From Anaerolineae bacterium (GTDB lineage Bacteria > Chloroflexota > Anaerolineae > UBA7937 > B3-Chlor): DNA of 48,831 nt. Position 1 is the first letter of the stretch, and each line of letters starts with the position of its first letter. The position numbers and the translations under genes were made by a program. This document shows, in pieces, positions 5,762 through 15,070 of this stretch. Under the pieces are notes generated by a model. It searched no databases. It was given only the letters and a program-made list of their open reading frames with translations, and had not been told where the DNA came from. The stretch spans positions 1-48,831 of the forward strand of contig DATKVP010000280.1 in NCBI GenBank assembly GCA_035530015.1, read 5' to 3'.

Positions 5762-7131
5762 GCGAGGTACGCCTGAAGGTCGAGGGGACGGTCCCACAGA
5801 CTGAGTTTTGGCTGCGGGACGCTCGCTACAGGGCGTTCGTCGGCGGGGTGGGGTCCGGCAAGACCTACGCTGGGGTGTTGGAGATCCTGCGTCAACCCGA
5901 GGGAACTCGCGGTGCGGTCATCGCTCCGACGTACCGGATGCTGATGGACGCGACGCTCGACACGCTGATGAAGATCTTTGACAGAGCCGGCATCATCGAG
6001 AACTGGAGCAAGAGCGAGATGCGGTTGACTACGGTGCACGGCACCGACATCATCTTCCGGTCCGGCGACGACCCCGAGAAGCTGCGCGGCCCGAACCTGG
6101 GGTGGTTTTTCTTAGACGAGGCGGCCATGATGCCGGAGCTGGTGTGGGACATCATGCTCGGTCGGCTCAGGCTTGACCCAGGCCGCGCCTGGTGCACGAC
6201 CACGCCGAAGGGCATGAACTGGGTGCACCGACTGTTCGTCGGGGAAAAGAGGGAAGACTACGCGCTGACCCAGTGCTCGTCGCACTCGAACATCTTCCTT
6301 CCGAAGTACTTCCTCGACTCCCTGGAGAGCAAGTACAAGGGGGCGTGGAAGGAACAGGAGCTGATGGGTGAGTTCGTGGACTGGGTCAACGCGCCGGCCT
6401 ACGAAGACTTCCACCGGAACCTGCACGTCCGGCCCAACATGATGGAGGAATACCGTGACCGACTTCCGATCAAGCTCGCCGTTGACTTCAACGCCCGATG
6501 TATGGTCTGGCCTGTTATACAGGTCAACGGGAGAACCCCTCGTGTTCTTACGGAGATCGTACAGGTTGGGAGAACATCAATCCCAAAAATGGTCCAGGAG
6601 TTCAGGCTCGCGTTTCCGAATCACTCTGGAGGTGTTCAGATATTCGGTGACGCTTCTGGCCTTGGTCTGGCTGCCCAGACTGGTCAAAACTCCTTCGACG
6701 CGGTACTGGAAGCGTTTAGAGGATACCCGTCGCACATCGACCTCTGCGTCCCCAAAACGAATCCGCTTGTGAGGTCCAGCGTCAACTCGATGAACGCTGT
6801 GCTCCGCGGCACCGGAGAATGGGAGCCGCTGATGATCGACGAGAGCTGCGACATGATCATCCGTGACTTCGCGTTCGTTGAGTGGGACGCGAAGGGCACC
6901 AACCTACTGAAGATCGACGACTTGAACGACGAGCGCAGCACACTGACGCACGCGACCGACGCGCTGCGGTATTGGGCGAGTATTGACTCACCGATTTCAT
7001 CCGTGTATATCTCCAGGGAGGACGACAACTTTGTCGAGCTTCCACGCGAAGACGCTCGTAGGAGAGCATGGATGAAGCGGTTGAAAGGCGAGGAGCCAAA
7101 TCCAGATGGGCTTTTCGGTTTAGAGTTGTAG
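5758..7131 (+). CDS. terL: terminase large subunit
   Basis: Walker A VGGVGSGKTY and Walker B-like GWFFLDEAAMM, followed by a C-terminal nuclease-sized domain. Start taken at MSEVRL (ATG 5758). Confidence 0.85.
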   Translation: MSEVRLKVEGTVPQTEFWLRDARYRAFVGGVGSGKTYAGVLEILRQPEGTRGAVIAPTYRMLMDATLDTLMKIFDRAGIIENWSKSEMRLTTVHGTDIIFRSGDDPEKLRGPNLGWFFLDEAAMMPELVWDIMLGRLRLDPGRAWCTTTPKGMNWVHRLFVGEKREDYALTQCSSHSNIFLPKYFLDSLESKYKGAWKEQELMGEFVDWVNAPAYEDFHRNLHVRPNMMEEYRDRLPIKLAVDFNARCMVWPVIQVNGRTPRVLTEIVQVGRTSIPKMVQEFRLAFPNHSGGVQIFGDASGLGLAAQTGQNSFDAVLEAFRGYPSHIDLCVPKTNPLVRSSVNSMNAVLRGTGEWEPLMIDESCDMIIRDFAFVEWDAKGTNLLKIDDLNDERSTLTHATDALRYWASIDSPISSVYISREDDNFVELPREDARRRAWMKRLKGEEPNPDGLFGLEL

Positions 7132-7140
7132 GAGGACAAG

Positions 7141-7539
7141 ATGAGCGAGACTGGATACCCGGAAAGCAAGGCGGTAAGGAAGACACAGGTGAGGACTCAG
7201 ACCGCCACGATCGCGGACGGCCAGACGGTTGCTGCGAGCGCCCTCGACAAGCAGGCGCATGACTTCTGCGCGCTCGAGGTGGACACCGAGTTCGACGGCA
7301 CAAACCTGCGCTTCGGTGTTGCGAACACGCTGGCCGAGGTCACAGACGGGCTTACGCTGGCTGATGACGGACTTTCGTGGGAGGGGACGCTCGTGGAGAT
7401 TGATTGCTCGACCTACCGCAAGCAGAGTTTTGACCCATCGAAGTTCGCAATGTGGCGCTACATCGTGCCCATTAGCGACACCCCGCAGAGCGGCGCTGCG
7501 TGCGTGGTCACTGGTTATTTCCGCGACTTCCGGTCGTGA
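7141..7539 (+). CDS. hypothetical protein
   Basis: 132-aa ORF with RBS GGAGGA before the ATG. No motif recognised. It lies between terL and the portal gene. Confidence 0.55.
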   Translation: MSETGYPESKAVRKTQVRTQTATIADGQTVAASALDKQAHDFCALEVDTEFDGTNLRFGVANTLAEVTDGLTLADDGLSWEGTLVEIDCSTYRKQSFDPSKFAMWRYIVPISDTPQSGAACVVTGYFRDFRS

Positions 7540-7541
7540 TC

Positions 7542-8273
7542 ATGAGAGCGGGCGGGTACTTCATACCACCAAGTCCGTGGGTCACCACGGCTCTGCGCCA
7601 GGGCGGTGGGGACGAGGGTCCACCTTCGGAATCTAGCTCAGAGAATTTCAACGATATCGCCAATGGATCATGGCTCAAAGATGACGCCAACTGGTCGGAC
7701 TGGGACTTGGCCGCCTGGGGCGTTTCGTCCGATATTCTCGTTGAGAACATCCCCGGAAATTCAGGAAATCCCTACGTTGGAGACATGAGAGCCGGGGGCG
7801 GCGGCGGTAGAGCAGCATCATTCGACGGCGGTCACACATTTTCGGACGGCGTCGGTGACTGGTATTTTAGGATGCTCAACAATAACGGCGACTACGCGGT
7901 CGGGGTCTGGATCACGGACGGGACGCTGACGAATCGCATCATGTGCACTCAAACCCCGGCGGCGGGAGGTAGCGGAATCGGATATGAGCTTGCGATGGTG
8001 ACGGGTGGAACGCTTCACTTCGACACCATTTGGGGATCGCCGCCCAATAACACTTGGGTTTGGTGGCGACTCCGGTGTGACTGGGAGAACGAAACCGTCA
8101 AGTGCAAAGTGTGGACCGGCGACATCGGAGATGAGCCGGAGGCGTGGACACAGGAAGAAACAGAGGCCCTCCCGGTTGGTGTCAACCTAAGACTTTTATC
8201 TTCGGCAACGACCGCACAAGGTAATTGTAAGTGGGACGACATTTCAGAACTCTGGCTCGATACCGCCCCGTGA
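7542..8273 (+). CDS. hypothetical protein, possibly a concanavalin/LamG-like beta-sandwich
   Basis: Trp-rich (WVWWRLRCDWENETVKCKVW), Gly-rich linker, and lower GC3 than flanking genes. The fold assignment is only an impression. Confidence 0.45.
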   Translation: MRAGGYFIPPSPWVTTALRQGGGDEGPPSESSSENFNDIANGSWLKDDANWSDWDLAAWGVSSDILVENIPGNSGNPYVGDMRAGGGGGRAASFDGGHTFSDGVGDWYFRMLNNNGDYAVGVWITDGTLTNRIMCTQTPAAGGSGIGYELAMVTGGTLHFDTIWGSPPNNTWVWWRLRCDWENETVKCKVWTGDIGDEPEAWTQEETEALPVGVNLRLLSSATTAQGNCKWDDISELWLDTAP

Positions 8274-8289
8274 TAATAAAGGAGCAAAC

Positions 8290-10311
8290 ATGGATTTTGA
8301 ACAAGAAACACAGAACCCCGTCATCAGAGAAAGTGGTCTGGAGACGGGGAGTGATGCTCCGCTTCACATCCGCCTGGACCCGGACAACCCCAACGGCCTG
8401 CACTCCAAGCTGCTGAGTTCACTCCAGGACATCATTCGTGATGCCGACAAGCATATCCGCCAGCGCTACGACGACTGGGATGAGGTGGACAAGTACAACC
8501 GACTGTACCTCGATCTGTCTGCGCCGGCCACACGCGGTGACAAGTCCAAGGACTACGACAAGAAGGAGATGCCGTTCAAGGGCCAGGTGGCGGTCCCGCT
8601 GATCTATCACATCATCCAGACCCGCCTCGCTCACAACCACAGCGTCCTGTCCTCCACCGACCCATTCGCGCACCTCGAGAGCTACTCGTCGGATGGGTTC
8701 AGGAAGTCGCGCCTAATGGAGGCACGCCTAAACAAGGACTGCCGCGACTCCAGGATCGACCAGCACGTGTGGCAAGCGCTGTACGACGTGGAGCGCTACG
8801 GGATCTGCATGTGGAAGCTCGGGTGGCGCGAGGAGTACGAGATCGTGCCGGCGTGGCAGGTGTACGATCCGCAGGAAATCGTGATGCGCGGGATCGACCC
8901 AGAGGAGCCCATTGAGCAAGTTCGCACCCAGGGCAACCGAATTGAGACGGTGGACCCGAGAAACATGATCCTCGATCCAGCGGTGCCGAGCGCGCAGTGG
9001 TACAACATGGAGTACATCGGCGACGTGGCGTACGTGTCGTGGTTGGAGCTGGACTCGGCGCGCATGGAACGCAAGCAGGGTCCGTACATCAACGTAGACG
9101 CTGCTAGGAAGCTGGCCACCAGGGACCACAACCGGAGGAAGGACGACGGCAGGTGGATGGAGGGGACCTACGGCTACAAGTCCACCGACCAGTACCCTCT
9201 GCTGGAGATGGCCAACATCCAGTGGAGACTCATCCCATCGGAGTTTGGGCTCAGCCATGCCACTGAGCAGGAGATCTGGCAGTTCAGCGTGGTCAACGAG
9301 GACGTGATTGTTCGCGCGCACAGGCTGGAACAGGCCGGCGGGAAGCAGTTTACGTACTTCACGGCGCACGGCGATCTCGACATGCACTCACCGTGGGTGC
9401 CGAGCACTGGGCAGTTGCTGTTGGGGCTCCAGAGATTTGACAACTGGATCATCAACTCGCACGTGGCCAACACCAAAAAGACCGTCAACGACCAAATGGT
9501 CATCAACGATGACCTGATCAACAAGTCGGACCTTGCGAACCCATCGCCGGGCCGGATGATCCGACTGACGAGGGAAGGCAAGATCCTACACAAGACCGGG
9601 CGGTTGGGCATCAACCAGATGTACGCCCAGCTCAACATGACGAACGTCACCGCGCAGCACCTGGACACCCACACCATGATCGTCCAGACCGCACAGAGGT
9701 TGGCGGCCACCCCGGACAGCGTCGCGGGTATGCCGCTCCCGACCAAGCGCACGCTGGGCGAGATCGAGAACCTATCGAACGCCGCGCAACTCAGAATTGG
9801 CACCACAGCACAGCTTGTGGACGGTCAGCTCATCGGGCCGGCGATGATCGCGGCCGTGGACAACATCAAGGAGTTCGCTGACGTGGAGCAGATGGTCATG
9901 CTCACCGGACGCCTGGTCGAGCAGCTCGGGGGGAACATGGGAATGGGTGCTCCGTTTGAGGCCATCCGTGGGATGGACCTCCAGGGCGAGTACGAGTACA
10001 TGATCCGTACGCCCACAATGGCCAAGGACCCAGCGCGCCAGGCAGCAACGTGGGGGAACATCATGCAGGTGCTTTCGACCGCACCGCAGCTCATGAACCC
10101 CATGCCGGACGGGCGAGCGCTCAACCCGCACGCGATCTTCAATGAGCTGGTCCGCGCACTGGGCGTAGACTACTTCGACCAGTTCTACTTCCAGACCCGG
10201 CCCGCGCAGCCTCCGATTGTCGCAGGCAGCACTCAGGCCCAGGTCATGGGTCCTGAGCAGATTCAGGCTGGTGTCCAAGCAGGCAACCTTGTCCCGATGG
10301 GAGGGGCTTAA
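8290..10311 (+). CDS. portal protein, probable
   Basis: 673 aa, located just downstream of terL and upstream of the scaffold and capsid genes. RBS AAGGAG. Called by position and size. Confidence 0.65.
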   Translation: MDFEQETQNPVIRESGLETGSDAPLHIRLDPDNPNGLHSKLLSSLQDIIRDADKHIRQRYDDWDEVDKYNRLYLDLSAPATRGDKSKDYDKKEMPFKGQVAVPLIYHIIQTRLAHNHSVLSSTDPFAHLESYSSDGFRKSRLMEARLNKDCRDSRIDQHVWQALYDVERYGICMWKLGWREEYEIVPAWQVYDPQEIVMRGIDPEEPIEQVRTQGNRIETVDPRNMILDPAVPSAQWYNMEYIGDVAYVSWLELDSARMERKQGPYINVDAARKLATRDHNRRKDDGRWMEGTYGYKSTDQYPLLEMANIQWRLIPSEFGLSHATEQEIWQFSVVNEDVIVRAHRLEQAGGKQFTYFTAHGDLDMHSPWVPSTGQLLLGLQRFDNWIINSHVANTKKTVNDQMVINDDLINKSDLANPSPGRMIRLTREGKILHKTGRLGINQMYAQLNMTNVTAQHLDTHTMIVQTAQRLAATPDSVAGMPLPTKRTLGEIENLSNAAQLRIGTTAQLVDGQLIGPAMIAAVDNIKEFADVEQMVMLTGRLVEQLGGNMGMGAPFEAIRGMDLQGEYEYMIRTPTMAKDPARQAATWGNIMQVLSTAPQLMNPMPDGRALNPHAIFNELVRALGVDYFDQFYFQTRPAQPPIVAGSTQAQVMGPEQIQAGVQAGNLVPMGGA

Positions 10312-10658
10312 TGGACGACCGAGAGCGATACATTGAGGAGGAGCAGGCGTGGCTGAGTAAGTACGGGGACACGTACCGTGAGGCCATACAGAACATGTCA
10401 GACCCAACGTACGTACGGGGCCTGCTTCGTGGGATTGCCGACAAGCTAGGGAACGCACTGGCCTACAACCCGCGCGAAGATGAACCTCACGTGGCTGCCT
10501 TTATTCTAGGTGCTCTACAAGCAAAACTAGAAAAAGTCTTGACAGACATTGAGTTCGTAGATAAGTATGAAGAGCGCAGAGATGATCTGAACGCAACTTT
10601 CCAACCGCTGGATGACGGGAGCCATGGTGGCCCACCCGAGTCCATGGACGAGCTGTGA
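10311..10658 (+). CDS. hypothetical protein
   Basis: 115-aa ORF with a TAATG overlap with the portal stop. The 3' part has a lower-GC patch. Confidence 0.55.
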   Translation: MDDRERYIEEEQAWLSKYGDTYREAIQNMSDPTYVRGLLRGIADKLGNALAYNPREDEPHVAAFILGALQAKLEKVLTDIEFVDKYEERRDDLNATFQPLDDGSHGGPPESMDEL

Positions 10659-10699
10659 CGACCTGCACGCGGTGAGCGGGATCACAATGGGAGGGCAAA

Positions 10700-11743
10700 A
10701 TGCCCGATGACGAGACTGGACAGGATCAAGCCGACGAGGTCGAGAAGTTTCTCGACTCGGTAGGCGGTGAGAAGCCCCAGCAGAATGAACCAGAGGAGTC
10801 GGACGAGGTCACACCCGTTGAAGAGACCGAAGACGGCAAGACTCTGGAGGAAGCTGCCGAGGAGGCTGAGCCCGTCGTTGCCGAGGAAGACACTCCACCG
10901 GCCGAGGAGACAGGTCCCCAGGTCAGGCTGTACACCGTGCCAGACAGCGAGGTGTACGGCTCACTGCGTGGTCAGAAAGTAACCGCCGCGCAGTTGGAGG
11001 AAGCGGGTCTGATCGACAAGGTCATCACCCGTGACCATCAGGAAATGCACAACACCAAGCTCTACAACGAGCTGAAGCGCGAGCTGGCGCAGACGCGGCA
11101 GGACCTCACTCCAAAAGAGAAGCCGCCTGAGCCCATCGACCCTCGCACGTTCGGCGACGAGATAGAGCGAACGTACGTGCCTGCCCTGAAGAAGCTCGCA
11201 GATGCTGGCTCGTTTGAGCCGGACATTGTTGAGGCGTACCCACGCTTTGTCGGACACGTGGCACACCAGCTCGAGACCATGCGAATGGTCGGAGCGGGGC
11301 TGGTCAAGGCCGTCGAGGAGATGAAGGACTGGGCGGGGACACAGCAGAACACCACGGCGTACGAGAGAGGGATGGCGGCGCTGAACAGCTCCATGGAGCG
11401 ACTTGCCTCCAATGATCTGTACGCGTCACTTAGAGACCCTGGGGAGCGGACGGCGTTCATCGACTGGATGAAAGACGCCAACAACCCACAGCCGTGGAAG
11501 AAGATGAACATTGAGGAAGAGCTGGCCAGGCCAGAGAACCTCAGTGGCGCGTACGCCGCGTACCGCGCTGCCAACCCTGGTGTGCGAACGGCACCTGCCG
11601 CACCGGCAGACCGAACCCGCGCCAGGATGGCTGCACCTTCCGGTGGTAACGCCAGGACCCCGAAATCCAACGAACCGGTGAACGAGTTTGAGCAACTGAA
11701 AGACGAGCTGATCAAGTCACGGGCTGCTGCCTTTGGACGTTAG
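10700..11743 (+). CDS. scaffolding protein, probable
   Basis: Highly acidic N-terminus (E/D/T-rich) and a long helical body. It lies immediately upstream of the capsid gene. Confidence 0.6.
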   Translation: MPDDETGQDQADEVEKFLDSVGGEKPQQNEPEESDEVTPVEETEDGKTLEEAAEEAEPVVAEEDTPPAEETGPQVRLYTVPDSEVYGSLRGQKVTAAQLEEAGLIDKVITRDHQEMHNTKLYNELKRELAQTRQDLTPKEKPPEPIDPRTFGDEIERTYVPALKKLADAGSFEPDIVEAYPRFVGHVAHQLETMRMVGAGLVKAVEEMKDWAGTQQNTTAYERGMAALNSSMERLASNDLYASLRDPGERTAFIDWMKDANNPQPWKKMNIEEELARPENLSGAYAAYRAANPGVRTAPAAPADRTRARMAAPSGGNARTPKSNEPVNEFEQLKDELIKSRAAAFGR

Positions 11744-11750
11744 GCTTGGT

Positions 11751-11777
11751 TCCTCCAGTGTGAAAAAAACTGGAGGA
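11751..11777 (+). promoter_or_regulatory. stem-loop sequestering the capsid-gene Shine-Dalgarno sequence
   Basis: Perfect 9-bp stem TCCTCCAGT (11751-11759) / ACTGGAGGA (11769-11777) with loop GTGAAAAAA. The 3' arm contains GGAGGA, 8 nt before ATG 11786. Confidence 0.6.
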
Positions 11778-11785
11778 TTTGAAAA

Positions 11786-13147
11786 ATGCCCGCCGCAGAA
11801 ACAACCTACTTCGGGATGGAAGGGACCGGAAACTGGAGTCACCCCGACTATCGCCCGAAGAACTACCGACAGGCGGCGTTTGAGCTGTTTCCTGACAGCC
11901 CCTCGCCGTTCACCTATATCCTCTCGAAGCTGCCGACCTCGAGCGTCGATGACCCCGAGTTCAAGCTCTTCGAGTGGAGACTTCCCAAGCAGACCTGCAT
12001 CGTGCAGACTGAGCTTGCCGCCGGTACCGCCCTTCTTGAGGTCGATACCGTCGAGCTGTTCCAGTCTGGCGATGGGGCCGCGTACGCCGACGAGGGAACT
12101 GAGCCGGCGTACTCGTTCAAGCCCGGAGACATCCTGCGAGTTGAGGACATCGACGACTGCCTGTTCGGAAGCGCCGCGTCCAAGACTGGCAACCCGACCG
12201 ACACCGCCAACATAGCCGGCCCAGAGCTGGTCGTGGTGAAGACCATCACCGATGCCGACACCATCACCGTGTATCGCTACTGGGGCGGAACCAACGTGGA
12301 CGGTCCTTCGAGCACCACTCCGGTGTTCGGAACCATCCTCTCCGGGGCCGTGCTCCGGTGGGCCGGTTCGGTCTACCAGGAGGGGTCGCAGTCTCCGCTC
12401 TCTCTGACCAAGCGAGCCTCGGTCGTGTCGAACTACACCGGCATCTTCAAGGATGCGGTGAAGATCACCGGCACCGCCGAGCAGATGAAGACCAGGCCGT
12501 ACAAGCCCTGGCCGCAGTTCAAGGGCGAGTGCCTTGAGCGCCACATGATGAAGCTCGAGTGGGCTCTTCTGAATGGCGTGCCCGAGGAAACCACCTCGAT
12601 CGCCGTGCTCTCTGGAGACGGTTCCGAGTACTCTCGGACGACCGGTGGCTTCCGCTATTTTGTCGAGCAGGCGCATGGGTCCGTGGACTTCAGCGCTGGC
12701 GTGGACATCGACACTGTCGAGGACGAGATGGAATCTTCCTTCACCTACGGGTCGAAGGAGAAGGCCGGGATCACCGGCTACCGTGCCCTGAACGTGCTCA
12801 ACAAGATGGTCCGCAACAACTCGACCTGGAACTGGAACGCAGAGGCCCTGCCCAAAAAGCAGACCTACGGTCTCGAGGTGTTCCAGCTCCGGTGCCCGTT
12901 CGGTGTGTTGAACATCGTTCCCCACAAGCTGCTCGCCGAGTCGGCTGTGCAGACCCAGGACGTTCTGATTGTAGACACCAAGTACGTCGAGTACGTCTAC
13001 ATGAAGGGCAGGGACACCGCGTGGAAGGACAACGTCCAGCTTCCCGACGAAGACGCTCGCAAGGGCTACTTCATGACCGAGTGCGGTCTTCGGATGGCAC
13101 TCCCTGAGGTCCACAGTGTGTGGACAGGGCTGGCGGCGCTGGCCTAG
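11786..13147 (+). CDS. major capsid protein, probable
   Basis: 453 aa, after the scaffold gene, with a strong SD and followed by a terminator-like hairpin. Called by position. Confidence 0.7.
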   Translation: MPAAETTYFGMEGTGNWSHPDYRPKNYRQAAFELFPDSPSPFTYILSKLPTSSVDDPEFKLFEWRLPKQTCIVQTELAAGTALLEVDTVELFQSGDGAAYADEGTEPAYSFKPGDILRVEDIDDCLFGSAASKTGNPTDTANIAGPELVVVKTITDADTITVYRYWGGTNVDGPSSTTPVFGTILSGAVLRWAGSVYQEGSQSPLSLTKRASVVSNYTGIFKDAVKITGTAEQMKTRPYKPWPQFKGECLERHMMKLEWALLNGVPEETTSIAVLSGDGSEYSRTTGGFRYFVEQAHGSVDFSAGVDIDTVEDEMESSFTYGSKEKAGITGYRALNVLNKMVRNNSTWNWNAEALPKKQTYGLEVFQLRCPFGVLNIVPHKLLAESAVQTQDVLIVDTKYVEYVYMKGRDTAWKDNVQLPDEDARKGYFMTECGLRMALPEVHSVWTGLAALA

Positions 13148-13166
13148 GAACGAGCGCCATAATCAC

Positions 13167-13200
13167 GCCGGGGAGGCTTACCCCTCCCCGGCTTCCCTTG
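13167..13200 (+). terminator. stem-loop / partial terminator after the capsid gene
   Basis: GCCGGGGAGG (13167-13176) / CCTCCCCGGC (13183-13192) with a 6-nt loop, followed by TTCCCTT. Confidence 0.6.
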
Positions 13201-13212
13201 GGGGGACTTGTA

Positions 13213-13854
13213 ATGGGAATCAGATATAGATTCGATAACGGACGCATGAAAGTGCGGAACACCAACTCTCAGTTCGGTGGTGTTGATTATGGGAGTTCCT
13301 TGAGCGAGATCGAAAATTCAACCGCGAATCAGAAGTTCATCGCTCTCTACCACAAATCAACAGCCACAAGCGGAGACAACAGAACCATCTACGCCAGGCT
13401 CAACCTGGCCGGCGTCACCGCTGGGGCCGGCTACGGTGACTGCATCCGAGCGTGGGCCAAGGTCAGCGGAACCGGATACGCGTACGCGTGCGGCGTGCAC
13501 TCCACGTTGAGTGTGGACGCCGGAGCAACTGTCACTGGCGCTGGCGCTGGTCTCAGGGCCACCATCGGAGCTGCTGCCGCAAGCAGGACGCTGTCTGGCG
13601 CTCTGGCTGCGATCAACGCCGACTCGGACATCGGTGCCAACAACACTATGCCGAGCATCCATGGCTTCATCAGGTTCACCAACAGCGGATCTGTCGCACT
13701 GTCGAACTTGCTGGTGCTGCCGTCCGCTGCTGGGAACGGCACAATCTTCGCGGCTCACGACACGCAGGTCATGACCCACTCAATCCGAATTCTTGACAGC
13801 GCTGGGACGGCGTACTACGTCATGTGCACCAACGCTGCAACGAACAGGAGCTAG
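13213..13854 (+). CDS. virion structural protein (capsid decoration or fibre candidate)
   Basis: Start taken at MGIRYRF (ATG 13213), after the hairpin. Ala/Gly/Thr-rich beta-type composition. Called by position next to the capsid gene. Confidence 0.5.
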   Translation: MGIRYRFDNGRMKVRNTNSQFGGVDYGSSLSEIENSTANQKFIALYHKSTATSGDNRTIYARLNLAGVTAGAGYGDCIRAWAKVSGTGYAYACGVHSTLSVDAGATVTGAGAGLRATIGAAAASRTLSGALAAINADSDIGANNTMPSIHGFIRFTNSGSVALSNLLVLPSAAGNGTIFAAHDTQVMTHSIRILDSAGTAYYVMCTNAATNRS

Positions 13855-13856
13855 AG

Positions 13857-14012
13857 ATGGATCTGCTCGAGCAACTGTTGGAACGTCGCGATCAACTCAA
13901 GACAGACGAGGTGCAGGCGATTCACTCACTGGGGTTCGTCGCCGGCAGACTGGAGGAGCTTGAGACACTCATCAAGCTCATTGAAACACCAACAGAGGTC
14001 AGTGAAGACTGA
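13857..14012 (+). CDS. 51-aa coiled-coil miniprotein
   Basis: MDLLEQLLERRDQL... AGGAG lies upstream of the ATG. Confidence 0.45.
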   Translation: MDLLEQLLERRDQLKTDEVQAIHSLGFVAGRLEELETLIKLIETPTEVSED

Positions 14013-14021
14013 CACCAAGAC

Positions 14022-14050
14022 TGACCTGGGGGCTACGGCCCCCAGGTCTT
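14022..14050 (+). terminator. rho-independent terminator-like hairpin
   Basis: GACCTGGGGG (14022-14031) / CCCCCAGGTC (14038-14047) with a 6-nt loop, then TTT. Confidence 0.6.
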
Positions 14051-14065
14051 TGGAAGGGGAATATC

Positions 14066-14389
14066 GTGGAAATGAAACAGTACTTCGGAAAATTCAGCGG
14101 CAGGATCGCTGGAATTCCAAATTGGCACGGCGGCGTGTTCTTCACCGCGAACCGCCAGCTTCAGCAGCGCATCGAGAACCATCCCCGGTTCCACGCTGGC
14201 CTCATCACCGAGGTCAAGCAATCCCAGAAACCTCAAGAGGACGCGGGGTCAGATGCACCCACCTGGAGGGAGCACGTGGAGGGGCTGAAGTGGAACGACC
14301 TGCGTGCGCTGGCCAATGACCGGGGCATTGCACTGTTCCACAAGAAGACTGTAGACTTGGTCGAGGAGCTGGTCAAGCTGGGGGAGTAG
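14066..14389 (+). CDS. hypothetical protein with a SAP/Rho_N-like HeH C-terminus
   Basis: The C-terminal WNDLRALANDRGIALFHKKTVDLVEELVKL resembles a helix-extension-helix motif. The start could be GTG 14066 or ATG 14072. Confidence 0.45.
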   Translation: MEMKQYFGKFSGRIAGIPNWHGGVFFTANRQLQQRIENHPRFHAGLITEVKQSQKPQEDAGSDAPTWREHVEGLKWNDLRALANDRGIALFHKKTVDLVEELVKLGE

Positions 14390-15070
14390 ATGTTTATCGA
14401 AGAAGCCGCGCGGATTCTACAAGGCACGCTGGAAGTGGATGAGAACAGGTACCCTTTTTTAACCGCCATCCAGCACATCAATGAGGCGATGCTGCTGTTT
14501 GCTCGAATGTACGAAACGAGGCTCTCAGAGCACGAGGGGTACGTTCAGCTCAACGCTGAGCAGGAGGGGTTCAACTTATCCAGCCTATCTACAGTCTACA
14601 CGTATCCTGTCACCGCCGAGCGGGTGAGGGCGCTGTTCTACTGTACTGATTTCAGTAGTGCCATCAATGAACCAAACCCGTCCAACAGGGCTCAGTCTGA
14701 TTGGATACGACTGTTCCCAGCTCCGGTTTACGATGACCTTCTTCAGAAGTACAACTCCATTGAGCCCGGAGAGCCGTTGGCCTGGGCCTCGATGAACAAC
14801 ACCATCAAGATAAGACCCGTCACGGAGGACGCTATCTTCGTTCGTGTGATTTTTGACGCCGTACCACAGTACCTGGGTACTGGGGAAAACCTCTGGATGA
14901 ACACGGCACCGTACGCCTGCATCTACCAGGCGGCGCAGATTGCGTGCGTGTGGCTCGAGGACGAGCAGAGGGTGCCCGTGTACGAGAAGCTATTCTCGAT
15001 GCACATTGAGTCGATCAACGTCATGGACGCCGGGAGGGCCGATGGTCCGATCTCGATGTCGGAGGTATAA
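14390..15070 (+). CDS. virion structural protein (head-tail adaptor candidate)
   Basis: 226 aa, between the capsid module and the tail genes. Called by position only. Confidence 0.4.
   Translation: MFIEEAARILQGTLEVDENRYPFLTAIQHINEAMLLFARMYETRLSEHEGYVQLNAEQEGFNLSSLSTVYTYPVTAERVRALFYCTDFSSAINEPNPSNRAQSDWIRLFPAPVYDDLLQKYNSIEPGEPLAWASMNNTIKIRPVTEDAIFVRVIFDAVPQYLGTGENLWMNTAPYACIYQAAQIACVWLEDEQRVPVYEKLFSMHIESINVMDAGRADGPISMSEV

Noticed and set aside
10539-10568. TTGACA followed about 17 nt later by TAAGTA(T), inside ORF 10311..10658 in a lower-GC patch, as an internal promoter for the scaffold and capsid genes.
   Set aside because: The -35 element is perfect but every candidate -10 matches consensus poorly (2-3 of 6). 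There is no supporting feature. It is too weak to list as a feature.
11717-13114. 465-aa minus-strand ORF antisense to the capsid gene. Similar long antisense ORFs lie at 26920..28803 (627 aa), 32815..34029 (404 aa), 21900..22640, 8728..9387, 9772..10458 and 41271..42083.
   Set aside because: They mirror well-supported plus-strand genes. Their composition is Arg/Gly/Pro/Leu-rich and low-complexity, as is typical of stop-poor antisense frames in GC-rich DNA. They lack RBSs. The sense genes have recognisable motifs or an operon context.
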